64,000 nt of DNA, from positions 1 to 64,000 of the forward strand of contig LWCA01000049.1 in assembly GCA_001642005.1 (NCBI GenBank). The letters run 5' to 3'. Below, piece after piece: positions 31,870 to 46,700 of the stretch. The notes beneath the pieces are model-generated. The model was not told the DNA's origin. It searched no databases and saw only the letters and a list, made by a program, of their open reading frames with translations. The position numbers were made by a program, and so were the translations under genes. Each line of letters opens with the position of its first letter. The first letter of the stretch is position 1. Source of the stretch: Intoshia linei. Taxonomy: Eukaryota; Animalia; Orthonectida.

Positions 31870-33270
31870 AATGTATTATTATAGTTAGTATAAAAATTTT
31901 AAAATTGATGGTTGATTAGAAAGTTTAAAAGTTAGGTTTTTGGTCGTGAAAATGCACTTTTTTGAGATTGGCATTTATTATAATGCTTATGATTTTAAAA
32001 ACTATCCCAGAATTTATGTTTTACAAAATTTTAGGAGATGTTTCATTTTTTAAATATAGGGTAATTTGTGGTTTTGACAATGAAGGCAGAGCCGTAATAA
32101 TGTATGGGCAATATGGACTGTAGTCCAGGGCCACTCATTAAAAATGCCCCCAAATTAATAAAAGTACTTTACATTTATATCTTAAAAAACAGTTTATAAG
32201 TTTTGAGGTGTGGAATTCAAATAGCTAGAAAAAAAATAGTTTAAAGAATCAAAGTTCTGTGAAATGTTAAATGTAATGTCGAATGATGAGTTGAATACTT
32301 CATGTGATAATCGTACAGCAGCTTATAGCAAAGATTTGTAAAAAAAATGATTTAGTAATGGAATGTCAACAATTTAAACATTATTTTAATTGGGAAAAAA
32401 CAAGCAATAACATTTTTAATATGTATAAAGTTGTAAAAGGTGATAAATTGGAATCATTATTTCCTAATATTGAAATCTGCATGAGAATGTTTCTTTCAAT
32501 AATGGTTGCAAATTGCAAAGATTAAAGAACTTTTTCTAAACTAAGAATAATTATAAATGAACTTCGAAATTGTTTAGCTCAACCTCGTTTGAATGCGTTT
32601 TCCTTAATGTCAATTGAGAATGATATTTTGAATGATATCAGTTTTAATAATATCAAATCTGATTTCTCTCAGAGAAAAGTGAGAAAAAAACATTTGTGAA
32701 GAATTATCAAGAATTTTTTGTGACTCCATGGTGCATATTTTCAAATGAAAAAGTAAACTTTGTTCATTAATTAAGTAAGTTTTTGTAAAAGAAAAAAAAG
32801 TTACTAGAAACCTACATAATATATTTTAATGCTTTTTAATACTCAATGAAATAAGACTCTAAGTCTTCAACCAACAATATGCCTTGTCTTCTAAGCAGGG
32901 GACCTAAATTTTTTTTATCGCTTCGCTCGAAATTTTAAAGGGCCTCCGGCTCTTTTCTTAGCCCAGAGCCATGAAGTGGCTCAAGACGGCTTTACATAAA
33001 GGTATGTGTTGCTGAGGCTGAGATTTACGACAATATTAATGATTTTAAATGGCGTCCCAGAATTTATTTTTTATTATATTTTTGGGCTGATTTTATTTTT
33101 AAACAAAAAGGAAAATAGGTTTTTGACCCTGAAGGACTCAAATTCTGAAACAAAAAAATAGATCTAAATACACCCTCAAAAAGATTTAATAGAAATGGGT
33201 TTTGTAAATTGTACGACTGTAAATTTTTTAAATATACGGTAACACACACAGACATTCAATTTTATATATG
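31870..33270 (-). mobile_element. Helitron-like family copy split by a hAT insertion
   Basis: Reverse-complement family modules continue on both sides of 32087-32994. The 5' end (cacacacagaca...aaagga) lies near 33240-33277. Boundaries approximate. Confidence 0.6.
32087..32994 (+). mobile_element. Deleted hAT transposon retaining the C-terminal dimerization domain
   Basis: Ends CAGAGCCGT and ACGGCTTTA, with imperfect 8-bp TSD aatgaagg/cataaagg. Remnant translation LFPNIEICMRMFLSIMVANCKD*RTFSKLRII...QPRLNA...MSIENDIL. Confidence 0.8.
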
Positions 33271-33536
33271 TAAAGGATTTAGCTGAAAATGTACGTCAGT
33301 TTGTTTATCTTTAACCATTTCTTTAAGAATATAAGAGGCGTAGAGTTTTAAAAATATAAATTTATAATAATCTTTTTCGAGGGTGATGTTCTATAAAAAT
33401 TTTCATTTTGTGAAATTTTGTACCTCATGGTCAAAAACCCCAATTATTTTTTTATTCAAAATCTAGCGAGTCCTAGAATTTAAAAAAATATATATTCTCA
33501 ATCAGATTTTAAAAGTATTAATATTATCATATACAG

Positions 33537-34110
33537 CAGTGTTTCCCAACCTGGGCGATTTGACTTTTTTACTGGGCGATGCGAAAATATATAAAAAAAT
33601 ATATATTTTTAATTTTTACCAACAAATTAAATTTTTAATGAAATTAAAAATTCATATTCATATTCAATTTTAATTTTGTAAATAAAAAAAAATTAAATTA
33701 AATTGAACGATATTATTACGAATTAGTAACGTAAGTAACGAATTATCTGTGTAGTAAGTATGTAGAATTTGAGATTTGAATAAAATTTAGTTATGCCTGC
33801 TTCCAAAAAATATTTTCGTGGATATTCTACCGATTATTTAAAATATGGTTTTATCGAATCTAGTGTTTCGAAATAATTACCGTTCTGTTCGTTGTGTCAT
33901 AAGACATTGTAAAACGAAGCTATGAAACCATCCAGCCTATTATATCACCTTAAATCACAACATCCAAATAATGTGAATAAGCCAGCTACATTTTTTTAAG
34001 ACGTCTATGAAAAATATTAGAACTGTCATATTTTAAAAATACCTTATTTAAAACCAGCATATAAAAAATGAAAATGGATTAATGGCATCTTATCGCATGT
34101 CCCAAATAAA
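33537..34110 (+). mobile_element. 5' fragment of a Buster/Charlie-type hAT transposon (BED zinc-finger pseudogene)
   Basis: Left end CAGTGTTTCCCAAC. From 33793: MPASKKYFRGYSTDYLKYGF...PFCSLCHKTL*NEAMKPSSLLYHLKSQHP, with stops. Confidence 0.8.
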
Positions 34111-34787
34111 ATAATTTTAATATTATTGCATTAATAGTAAAAATTTCTAATTAATATCTATTAAAAATTAGATAAATACGTTATACATTATCTCCTAATT
34201 AGTAAAAAATGACTTTATATGTACGATGGTGATTAAAAAATTAAAATTATTAAATTAAAAGATTCTAGAGCTTAAGAAATAATATTTTTATTAACGGAAT
34301 TTTTGTTTCATACAAATTCGTTAAGAAAAAATAATTAATTCAAGATTCCGTTAAAATGGAATTACCGCTAACAAAAATTCTGTTAATATAGGCTTAAAGT
34401 TTAAGTCTTAGACTGTAAAATTAATTTAAAAAAACTTATATCTTCAAGGCAAAAACCTCAAATTAGCCATAATTTTCGAAAAACAAAAAATAAATAACCT
34501 CAGAATTTTAAAATGAGCACATTTAATACAGCCTTTTCCAGTTAACATAAATTTCAATGTCAAAGTTAAACCTTCAGTCAAAAAAGTGATTTACTCTTTA
34601 TTCTCTTATTTTTATTACAATTTTAAAAACCAACATAATTCTGGTTTTTGATCATCAAAGTTTAAATTTTGGATATAGAAATTGATGACTGCATTATCCT
34701 TAAAAATCTGGATGAGATGTATTGGTTTTTTAAAAAAATGTTCAATTTGGTATTTTGGTTTTTAAAATAAAAATAAACATTTAATAA

Positions 34788-37700
34788 TCAAATTAAAGTT
34801 AAAGATGAAGGAGAAGTGGGTGGACCGTTCCATTTATCGATAAAAGTCATAACATTTTGACATTCATCGCTTTTGGAAACCTAAATTATAAAAATAAAAT
34901 TTATCTACACTCATCTAAAACCTTTGCATTCATGACGTATTTATTCCAATCATCTTTATTTGCCATATTTGAACTATTTTTGAATTTAATGGCTGAATGT
35001 TCAAGTGGGTAACCTATAGAATGAAATATTTATATATAAAAAATGTTAAAATAAAAATTACCGGAAATTATACAAGCATCCGTAAATTTCGAATTCTGAG
35101 GTAAAGTACTTTCAAATTTGTTATTTGCCTCAACTGGTAAGGTTTGTTCGATATTTGTATTAATGGATGTAGCTAGAAGCCATTCTCGAATAGATTCAAC
35201 AGTTGTATCTGAACAGTAACATTTCGTGGGAATTTTAGATTCGCACATAAAATCAGTCTTACTGGTGAATTCGGAAATATCCAAAAAATTTTTATTTGAT
35301 GCCTCAATTATAGCCTATAAAATTATGAAATAAAATTGTTGTACAATGAATAAAAACCTCAGATATATCGACAAAATGATTCAATAAAACAAAAGCTACA
35401 TTTTCCACTCCAGCTGCCTATTAGATTATTAATGTATATTAACATATGTATGTAAATACTAAATTTTTTATTCACCTTGCAAATTGATCCAGCGTCATAA
35501 AATGCTTTATCTTGTGGTATTATATCACAAAATCGGAGACAAGCCAAGGAAAGCTTTGCTGCCAATTTCATTCCTTGAGCTTGATCCATGCAGGTTGCAC
35601 GAATTGCTCCGTAATGTGAAACGAGAAAATATGGTTCAAAAATTTTGTTTATATTTGTAATGCTTGAAGAACTCAATATTTCTTTAGATTCTTGGCTCCA
35701 ATCCGTAGATGTATACAATTTAAAAAATAACGTTCTTAAAGCTGCCCAAATTCCATAATTTTTTAATTCAACTTTTTCAATTATATTTGCAAAAATTGCT
35801 TTATATAATTTAATGTTCTAAGAAAATTTTAGCTTAGTTTTTATTAATTTTAGGTTTTTATTATTCCGTACCTCTGTCATGGTTACTATTCCATATTTGC
35901 AAAATACCATAAGTGATTCTATTCCATCTTCTTTTTCTATTAATGAATTGGCACAAATTGTTATGTATTGTCCCAACATATGCTTGCCCTAGAAAATGTA
36001 ATAAAATACTTACTCCTATAATCATTTTGTCCTGACAATTGACCAAAAGTTTGTTGTGGGGGATTTGATTCAATTTATCATTTATGAAAAATATAAAAAT
36101 TATATATTCGGTTGTGACTCATTTTGATAATAGGTTACATTTTACGTCTGAGCAATTGTAATTATTTGAGATGCTAACTTTTTTGGTCACTAGAGTCTGA
36201 TGCGATAATTTTAAAAAAATAACCATTCTTTCGGCTAATTTAAAACACTTGTCCCATTGACCATTAGAAGCGTATACTTTTACTGCAGCTTCAGGGTCCA
36301 CTTCCACTAACTATTTTAAAATATATCGAGTATTTAAATTTATTACCTGATCAACCTTTCCAGCATTAACTAAACTTTTTTTGAATTTTGTTTCAATTAA
36401 TTCATGTAGTCTATATTATGAAATGTATACAATCATTAATATTATATGTGTATTATTACATGTAGTGAATATTAATAATATTACTTTAGATCTATATTTG
36501 CAGCTAATTTAAGAGCTCTTTCCCAATGCTTTCCATCAACTAGAGCGAAAATTGCTTTTTTATGAAGACCTAATGATAGATAAACTTCACTTGCCTGAAA
36601 ATTATGTATTAAAACCAGTTATATAAAATGTATATTATTATAATACGTGTACATCAGATTTTCTACTTTTTTATTAGAAAAAGCCATTTTAGATGTTAAA
36701 ATTTTGAAATAAGTTAATATTTACCCTTCAGCAAATGCAATAATTGAAACTAATGCAAATAGCCATAGAAGCTATGATATTTACAGTGCGCGACAGTGCA
36801 TTCTGATTATAATCGTGAGAATGCAATTATCAAAGTCACTCATCGCTTTAATTAATTAAAAGATGTCACTATATCTTTTGTGGGTAAAAATATGTATATC
36901 GTTAGAATCACAAAAATTAGCATTGTCATCTACCTCGTTTAGGTTTTATTTTATCGATGTTTAAAATTCTCATCCTAACTTAAATAAAAGGCTACGCGAT
37001 TTTTGTTTGTGTGTCTGTCTGTGTGTGTGTTCAACTTTATTTAAATAACTACTCCTCTTAAAATTTTTTAAAGACAACATTTCAATTACAGTTTTTTTCG
37101 AAACGTATATTAAGATAAATTTCAACCTCTCAATATCACATCTTACGGGTCAAAAACCCCAGTTGTCCCTCTTTTTAAAAATCAAACGAGTTGGAGAATT
37201 TAAAAAGATATATAAGCTGATGCGGACTTTAAAATCATGAACATTATCCTACAATTAAATGTAAAAAAAATTATATCTTCAGAGGCAAAACCACAAATTA
37301 CCCTTATTTTTTTAATGAAAACAGCCCTAAAATTTCAAAAAATGTACAGTTGTATCCTGTTAACACACACAGACAATTTCAATCCGAATAAGTGACGACT
37401 TAATGGTCAAAAAAGCATTTTAGTATTCATATTTTTTTTTCGAAATATTTTATTAAAAAACAAAAAATGTAATTAACTGTCCGAAAATTAAAAAAAAAGA
37501 TTATTCTGATAGAACTTATTCTAGTTAATATAAATACAATTTTTCAACCGCAGAAATCTACTCATTCCCGGTGAAAAATAATTTTTAATATATTATCAAC
37601 TACATATACTAAGTAATATATTTTCAAAACATTTTTATTAAAACATTCAAATTTAAATAAGAAACTAAACAACGAAACTAAAAAAACTTTGTTAATATCA

Positions 37701-40700
37701 TTTTTATATTACAATCCTTTGCAATAATGGTAAAGTTCGACTGAAATGTTTATAAAGTAGATTCAGTTAATTATTGATACACAATTGATATTTTTAAGTA
37801 TTTATTAAATTGGTACTGAATATATGTCATCACATTGAAAATGACAAAATAGATTTTTATAATTTTATTTTTTCTGGAATTTATGCTATTTTGACAAAAT
37901 TTTTAATTACTGTTTTTACTTTATTTTTAATATTATACAGTGTATAATATAATATACACACATTCTGTCTAATAAATTAAAAATATGGGATAACAATTTT
38001 TTTTAAAATTCTTTACGCAAATGTTAACAAACAAAAAATTAAGATGGAATAATATTCACTTTAAAATAAAAAAGTAATGTGATATAAGATGGTTCCACCT
38101 GAAACAAATTTAAGAACGACTACTTTAAAGGATTGATAATAGTGAATAGCAGGATTTTTAAGTTAGATTCTCAACATGAATTTATTTTTTTGTTATAATA
38201 AAAATGTGCCCTCGGCAGAGCTAGGTGCTGTTTGTACGTAGTACTTAAGAGTCAAGCTAGTTATTTTATAAAAATGATCATTTTTCATTAATAAACATTT
38301 TCATAAAAAACAAAAATAAATGAGGTAGAATTGAATTTAAAGATGTAAAGTAAACAACCAAACATGACGATCAACACAAGACCACTCAAAACATGGCTAC
38401 AATATTCCCTCATAACATTCCATTAAATAAAGTTATATTTTAGTTTTTGTAGAACATATTTGTGTATGAAATTTTTAAAATGACAAGCTTTTCGGCAAAA
38501 AAAATCTCCAAAATCATTTTTTTTAGTGTAGCCATAAAATTTCCAAAAAAACTACTAAAATTCACACCCCTAGTGTATGTTATATTTAAATTTACATTAA
38601 GTTGTTTTCCAATGCCGATTAACTTTGTTGCAACTAATTCAGATATACGAGTCGATTCAGATGAGCCCAAAAATTTTAATGACAATTCTCTCGCCTAAAA
38701 AAAGAATAAAATATTAAATGTAAATATAATTGATTATGATAATAATATAAGATATACAATAATTTTTAACTTAATTATGTAATAAAATAAATGTTACCCT
38801 ATTCCAAACTTTAATTAGCAAATTAGTATCACTTGTATGTTCTTTGGTAAGTTTCATAAACGTTGAAACAGCTTCAGTGTACTGACCTGATGATTCGTAT
38901 ATTCTAGCTTGTTTAATAATTTTTTCGGCTCCAATTTGTTTTCCAGCGGAAGCCATGTACTCCTCATACTTTCTTTCCAACATTGTCATTTTATTTGGTA
39001 AGTATTCCTTACACAAACGTAATGCATCTTCCCACATTTCAGCTTCCTGGTACATTTCTATACAAATGTTTACCATTTTTGCACGTAAAAACAATGCTTC
39101 TCCCTGACTGTAATTTTTCTGTGCAAACATTAGTTTTGCTTCACCTATCAAAACATCACCTAATGTCTCTGGTACATATTTTTCGGCTACCTCTCTAGCA
39201 CTAGTCCAATCTTTAGCTTGCAAATACCTAAAATAAAAAATAATAAAATAAATGTAACCAATCTCCAGTTCCCATCAATTGTAAAAAATACATTAAAACT
39301 GCTTCTTTGGGTTTTCCAGCTTCAATGAATTTTTCTTCGGCTTCTTTATATTGTTTTTCATCTTCAAAAAATAAAGCATGCTTATGTTTGATTGTATTTA
39401 ATTTATCTACCATATCATCTGTAATTAGCTCATAGGCCATGTCAAAATCACTAATATATTATTAATAATAAAATAATTTACTTATACAGTCAGACTTATA
39501 GATAGTGAACATTTGGTTCCGAATTTTTTTAATGTTCACTATAAAAAAATAATGAACAATAAAAATGACAGTGAAATGAAACATTATTAATCATAAATCT
39601 AAGTTTATTTTCTAATTTTCAAGTTAGTATAGTGATATCAGTTAAGTTCACTATCTAAAGGGTTTACTATCAACAAGTCTGACTGTATTTATTTACTTAT
39701 TCGTGCAGGCATGATTAATGGCAATTTCAAGACAATCGTAGTGATCCAGCAACTTTTTAGCAGTACTAGATCCTACGGCTTTTGCCCATGCATATGCCAC
39801 TTTAGCTTGAGCATTAATGGGAGCGTGTTCTTTAGATATTCGATATGCGTCTTCCCAGCGATTTTTATTTCTGTACATTTTTATAGCATTGGGCCAATCG
39901 GAAACTTCAATCAACAATTTTTCAGCTTCCAACAATCTGCCACTTCTTTCATAATCTTTAGCCAAATGTTTTTGAGTATCAACGTACTTATCCGGAAAAT
40001 ATTGCTTAACCAAACGAACCATCTCTTTGTACATGTTGCGTTTCTTGTACATTATTATTGCTTTAGCAGGTTGTTCCATTTCAACGTACAAATTTTCTGC
40101 TTCTTTATATTTTTCAGAATTTTCCATTAATTCAGCTTGTTTAGAGTACATTTCTATCAGTTCATTCTTTTCCATATAACTAGATGCAATTCTGTGAGCA
40201 TCAGACCAACGTTCAGATTCTTGATACATTTTAACTACATTTAATGCGTCTCCAATGTCCAGATATAGTTTTTCAGCAGTATCAAATTCTTGAATGCTTT
40301 GAAAATAATTTGCCAATAACAAAAAGTGCGTTTTTGAATTTTTGTAGTCTTTATTTATCTGAATAATTGAAAGGGATTTATTCCATTGTTTGGCTTTAAT
40401 TGATGATTCAACTGCCTTAAAAGAGTTTCTAAAATAAATGTTTTAATTAAAAAAAATTGATATTTTTGATTCCATATCGTTTAAATTTTTTTGATACTTT
40501 ACTTATATCGATTTAAATTTGATAAACATGGGCGTCTGTAAGTGTAACCAATGGTTACTTTCTTTTACTTATATAAAATTGAATGTCTGTGTGTGTTACC
40601 GTTTATTTAACAAATTAGCAGTCGTAGAATTTCACAAAACCAAATTCTTATATAGTTTTTCTCAGGCGATGTTTATAGATAAGTTTCATTTTCCGAATGT

Positions 40701-43700
40701 AAGTCCTTCAGAGTCAAAACCTAATTCGCCATTTTTGTTGAAAATAAAATCAGCCCAAAATTCCGGAACGGGTTTTAATATTGTTAACATTTTAGTAAAT
40801 TTCAGCCTTAGAAACGCACTCCTTCATAATCAAAACCACAAATGATATTTTTTTATAAAATAAAATATGTCCTAAAATTGTACACAACATAATTTCTTTT
40901 ATAGTTTTTAAAATGATAAGCATGATCATAAATCACAACCTCAAAGAAGTACATTTCACGATCAAAACCCAAGATTACCCTTTTTTTAAATAATGATAAC
41001 AGTCCTACAATTTTAAAAATAATTAAAAATGATAGTTATATCCAGTTCACACTCACAAAAAATGTCCATCTGACAAAGTGACGTATTAATTATTAAAAAA
41101 GCACGGCAGTATTATTTTTTTATTTCGAAACTATTTTATTAAATCAACAAAAATTTGAACTAATTTATTGTCCTACTATTAAAAAAAAAGATTATTCTGA
41201 TACAGTTTATTCCAGTTGATATAAATACAAATTTCAACCTCAGAAAGCTACGCTCTTTCGGTCAAAAATAACTTTTAATATATTATCAATCAATATTTTT
41301 CAAAATTTTTGATTAAAAATTTGTAAAATTAAAATTGAAAATGTGTAAATACTCATCCTACAATTTCAAAAAAAATGTGAATTGGACGTCTCCACATTTC
41401 CAATAAAGAAATATAAGTATAAATCTCATAAATTCACTCCTTCGGTTTTTTTATGATTACTACGCAATTTTTCACTTTCAAAAAGTTTACAATCAGTTGA
41501 AATATAACTTTGTTATTACACGTTTATATTTATCTTAATGTTGGTATAATTCAGTAAAACTTTCCATCATTAAAAAGTAATATTAATGTTTAATGTTTAA
41601 AAGCTCACAGCCACTCAAAACTGATGAATATGCCCCCAAAAAAATTTAGAAAATCAACAAATTTTAGTATCATATAAACCATCTACCAGTCCATAACTCT
41701 TAAATAATATTTAAAATTTATTTATGATATTCAATAAAATAATTTTTTAATGCTTGAATTGTAAAAATCCGGGCCTATTTTACAAAAATTTCGTTGATGC
41801 CCTTTAAGAGGTTTGTGGTACAATAAGTACGGTACTGTCGATAGATTTAACGCATAAATGTAACATTTAAAATTTTCCTGTAAAATGATACCAAAATTTT
41901 TAAATTGAAGTGTACCTAAAAAACATTTATTAAAAATGCAGAAAAGTAATTTATAATTTCTTATAAATTATAATAGGTAATTCCTATGAATAAAACTTTG
42001 AATTGACCCTGTTATAATGAACCAAAATGAAACACGAAAATAATCACTTATATGATCTACTAAAATAATCATAATTTACCCAGCTTCAATATAATGATTT
42101 ATAGCTTCGTCATACTGTTTTTCTGTGAAAAGATGATCACCCCATTTTTCTTCCATTTTTGTAACATTCTCTGGTTCAATTTTTCTGCATAATTCTATAG
42201 CTCGTCTGAAAATTTTTCCTTTTTTATAACAAGACATTGCTTCCGATGCTCTATCACATTTTTCCAATAATTCTCCCGCACGTTGATAACATTCCGATTT
42301 TATTAATGCCGAACATAATCGGTCCAACAAAGATTGATCTTCATCTAGCATTTGCAAGTTTTGCATCAGTATCATTGCAGCTCTAGATGGTCTATTTGCT
42401 TTCATGAATAGATTTAAAGCTCCTTTTAAATCTCCAAATTTTGATAATAAATCACCTGCTTTATCTTTTTGATTATTTGCAACGAGCCAATTATAGTAGT
42501 CCTTTTGCAAAGTTTCCAATCTGGGATGTGACTATTTAAAGGTAAATGGAGTATTTTAAAAAATCAAAATATGAAAAAATAATATATTCAACTTTTTTTA
42601 AGAAATAAAAGGTAATTTTGTAACCATTATTAAGAAAAGTTTATACAATATCCTTAATATTCAGAACTTGAGAATAAATTATATTTTTTACTACATATCC
42701 TTACTTATCCTTACTTATATTTAATATTATAATATGCTACAAAATATTTGTTTGTGTATGTGTTCCACTTTATTTCAATAACTACAAGTCTTAGAATTTT
42801 ATATAGTCCACATTTCAATACAGTTGTTTCCTGGACATATAATAAGATAAATTTTAACCTCTCAAACTCAAATCTTACAGGTGAAAAACCCCAATTGTCT
42901 TTTTTTTGAAAATCAAACGAGTTGGAGAATTTAAAAAAATATATACGCTGATGCGGACTTTAAAATTATAAACATTATTATAAATTTAAATTGAATTAAA
43001 TTATATCTTCCATGCCAAAACCCTAAATTACCCTTCTTTTTTAATGAAAACAGAATTTAAAAACATTTTACAGGTCGTACAGTTGTATCCTGTTAACACA
43101 CAAAAAAATTTCAATCCGAATAAGTGACGACTTAATGGTCAAAAAAGCATTTTAGTATTCATATATTTTTTTTCCGAAATATTTTATTAAAACAAAAAAT
43201 GTGAATAATTTACAGGTCCGAAAATTAAAAAAAAAAATTATTCTGATAGAACTTATTCCAGTTGATATAAATTCGAAAATTTAAAAAAATGATTATTCTG
43301 ATAGAGCTTATTCCAGTTGATATAAATACAAAAGTTCAACCCGAGAAATCTACGCATTCCCAGTGAAGAATAATTTTTAATGTATTATCAACCAATATTT
43401 TTCAAATATTTCGATTAATATAAAAATTGAAAATATAAATATTGATCCTACAATTTCAAAAAAAATGTGCATTCAACGTCTACACATTTTAAATATAGAA
43501 ATATGTGTGAAAATCTATATAATTCAATCCTTCGCAACTTTTAAATTTTAAATTCTCATTTTCAAAACATTTTGTTTTAAATTTAAACTACAACAACGAA
43601 ACTAAAAGTAATACAACTTTGTTATTATCATTTTTATATTCGCCTGAAATATGTTTATAAAGTGAAGTTATATTATAATGTTATTATATTATATTATAAA

Positions 43701-46700
43701 GCATTATATAATATACAAAGTTTGGATCGTGTTTCGTTACATTACTGATTATATAAGCAATAATAAGAATAAGCCTTATTCGATTAACCCATTTAGACTA
43801 ATCAATTAAACTAAATTAAACTAATCAAACCTTAAATTTTGCAATGTCAATTGCTTCTGTCCATTTGTCCATCTTTAAATATAAATCAATAATTCCATCA
43901 ACATTATTCTAAATTGGTAAATTAATTATAATAGAAAATTTCGTTGAATTTACATTTTCTAAATAAATCTGCTCGGTTAATTTCAAATTATTATCAAATA
44001 ATGCAACTCTAGCTTTAATTTTGTAATCATTCATATTCAGTTCTCCCTAATAATAAATATGGAATTACTCACTAAACATGTAATTTTAGTACATAATTTT
44101 TTAGAGAAAGACAAATCGTTTCAAAAAGAAAATCTGCTCTAGGCCAATCCTCGAGGGCAGAATAGCATCTAAATATAAATTTGAATGAAATTTAAATGAA
44201 ACAACCTCCACGTTATAAACAATTGACCATTTTTTAAAGATAATTCAGCAAGCTTACGCCACAAAGGTGTAAAACTTTGTAATGTATTTTGAGTCAATGT
44301 TTTTTCTTTATTATTTTCTTTCGCTTCCAAAAATCTGACAGCTCTATTTAAATCAGAATCTTCTATCGCAGTTCCAAATTCAACTAGTCCATCGTCCAGT
44401 GGATAGGAATGGGTATCTATATGGTATACATTATGGTAAAATATTGCATTCATTAATTTTATTATATCATACCTTGTTGGGTTGGACCAGATGAGGTAAT
44501 AACGGAAACGACGTTATTTTCACTATATTTCAATTCTACCACATCACCTTTTATAGGAATAGTAACATAATGATCTGGTGTGTCTATATTATACCAAATA
44601 CAAATAGAAGCATGTGTTTGGGCAACAATAACATCACTCCCTTTTACCCAATTCACCCAAGAACAATAATTCAACAATGGAAAAATCAAAGTGTCACTGA
44701 AAACAGATCCCTTTACATCTTTAACTTCATCGTATGGTATTTTGTACAGGTTAAGGTGCAGCATTTTATCCAAGAACAAAACGTAGCGGCAAGTTTCATT
44801 TATAACTAACCATCTTATTTTGGAACTGTGTTCGTATTGGGTAACGGTATTATTATCCACCAAGTCAATTATAGCGAAAGTGGTTTTATCCACCATATAT
44901 CCCATTATTTTTACGGCGCTGTCGTTGACCAGCATCCTCTTTTCATTTATTCTTATACTAAATATTTTATTTTAAACAATAAAATTAGAATTATTAATAT
45001 TATTTTATATTGTTCAGTAGGGTGATCAAAATCAAGTAAATTATTACACATATAATTATTTAACACGTACGTACCATGTAAATTAGTACGCATACAAAAA
45101 AATCAGACTTAACTTTTCCTAACTCACTTCTTAAGACTTAAGTCAATAATTAATGAAATATGTATAAGTCATCGGGCCTTATTCGTCATTCTAATTTAAG
45201 ATTAAAAAGAAATTTGTTAACTGGTATTCGTTGTACGCCTCGGATATAAATCAATTTTTTTATATTAGTCAATTAAATTTAATTTAATACAATTAATCGC
45301 TGCGCAACCTGCTAATTTTGATTGGCGCACAAGTGCACCAAGAATCATCCATTTAGAAACCCTGATGTACATTATACTTTTAATGATTGTGATAAAAACT
45401 AACTGCAACAATTACCTCAATAAATCATGATGTAAAAATTCAGTTCTGACTGATCCCAAAATCTCTTCCTTATTAAATTCTAGCAAAATAAGTTCTCCGC
45501 TTGTATATACCATAAATACCTATAATAAAATGACTAATTTGTACATCATTGAATACCGCATCATTGTGATAAATATATTTTTCATCATCTGCATTTAGCC
45601 ATGGAACCTTTAATAATATTTAATTCATATATCATTATTAATAGGATTACTACGTAATGTAGATATTATAACTACTTGTATGTACTGTAAACTCTCGAAA
45701 AGTGATCACTTTTTTGGGTAACTGGTTAATTTTTAATGGAGGTGGTCATTTTTTCCAATAGAGTTAAAATTACAATATTAATATAGTTACAATATTTATT
45801 TAACAATATAAAATTGATGAAACATACAGCGATAAATTATCTACGAGTATTGTTTATTAGGCGACCCCGAAAATATATTAGAAATAGATGTAGTTTGTAA
45901 TATTCACATTAATATTTATTTTTTTATGTAGTGATATATCACTATCATACTAATCGAGATTCGAATACAGTAAAACCTTCGTTACTCGTTCATTCTGTTA
46001 TTCATCAATACCATTTTTCGTACGGTTAATGTATATTTATATAGTGCTAGTGTAGTCAAATTCTGTAATTCGCCCGATTCCGTTATTCACCCAAAATTTT
46101 TCATATTTTAAATAGTACATTTTAATTTTTTAAACCAATTAATATAAACGCCAACTAATATTAGGATTATATTTGATCTTATTAACTTAATTTAACTTTA
46201 TTAATTAATAATAACCCACTTTGATAATATTATATTATATTATATTGTACAGTCTAAGTCAGTGGCTTTTAACCTTTTTGTGTTCGCGACCCAAAAATTT
46301 TCAGAATGTAAAAATATTTCCGTAACATAATAATAAATTATGTGTCATTAATAAATTAAAATAAAAAAAATAAATAAATGTATTCATAAAATTTTCAAAT
46401 TCTCACGACCCCCTAATAAATTTCGCAACCTCCTGGTTGAAAAGCACTGGTCTAAGTCCTTATTAACAAAATTGAAAATTACGTAATTCCGTTAATACAA
46501 AATTTTTCCATAGTAACAGTCTTCATAACGGAATTTAATTTTTTTAAATGAAAACCATTAAATGGTAATATTTCTTGTTATTCTGAGTGGTTGAGTAATA
46601 CATGACTAAGTAATATAAAAAACATTATCAACGGGGTCCACAGCAGTTTTTTGGGGTCCATGAAAAATTATATCAATTTTAAATTATTTTCAGAAACAAA

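Noticed and set aside
28917-34415. One 5.5-kb composite transposon capturing the 5' half of the centrin-like gene
   Set aside because: The left and right pieces overlap in the same internal segment of the MITE family, so they are two separate partial copies.
40519-40845. ORFs at 40519-40845, 33064-33255, 49136-49333 and 56446-56637 with mutual similarity
   Set aside because: Chance frames inside Helitron-like repeat copies, with no Rep/Hel motifs.
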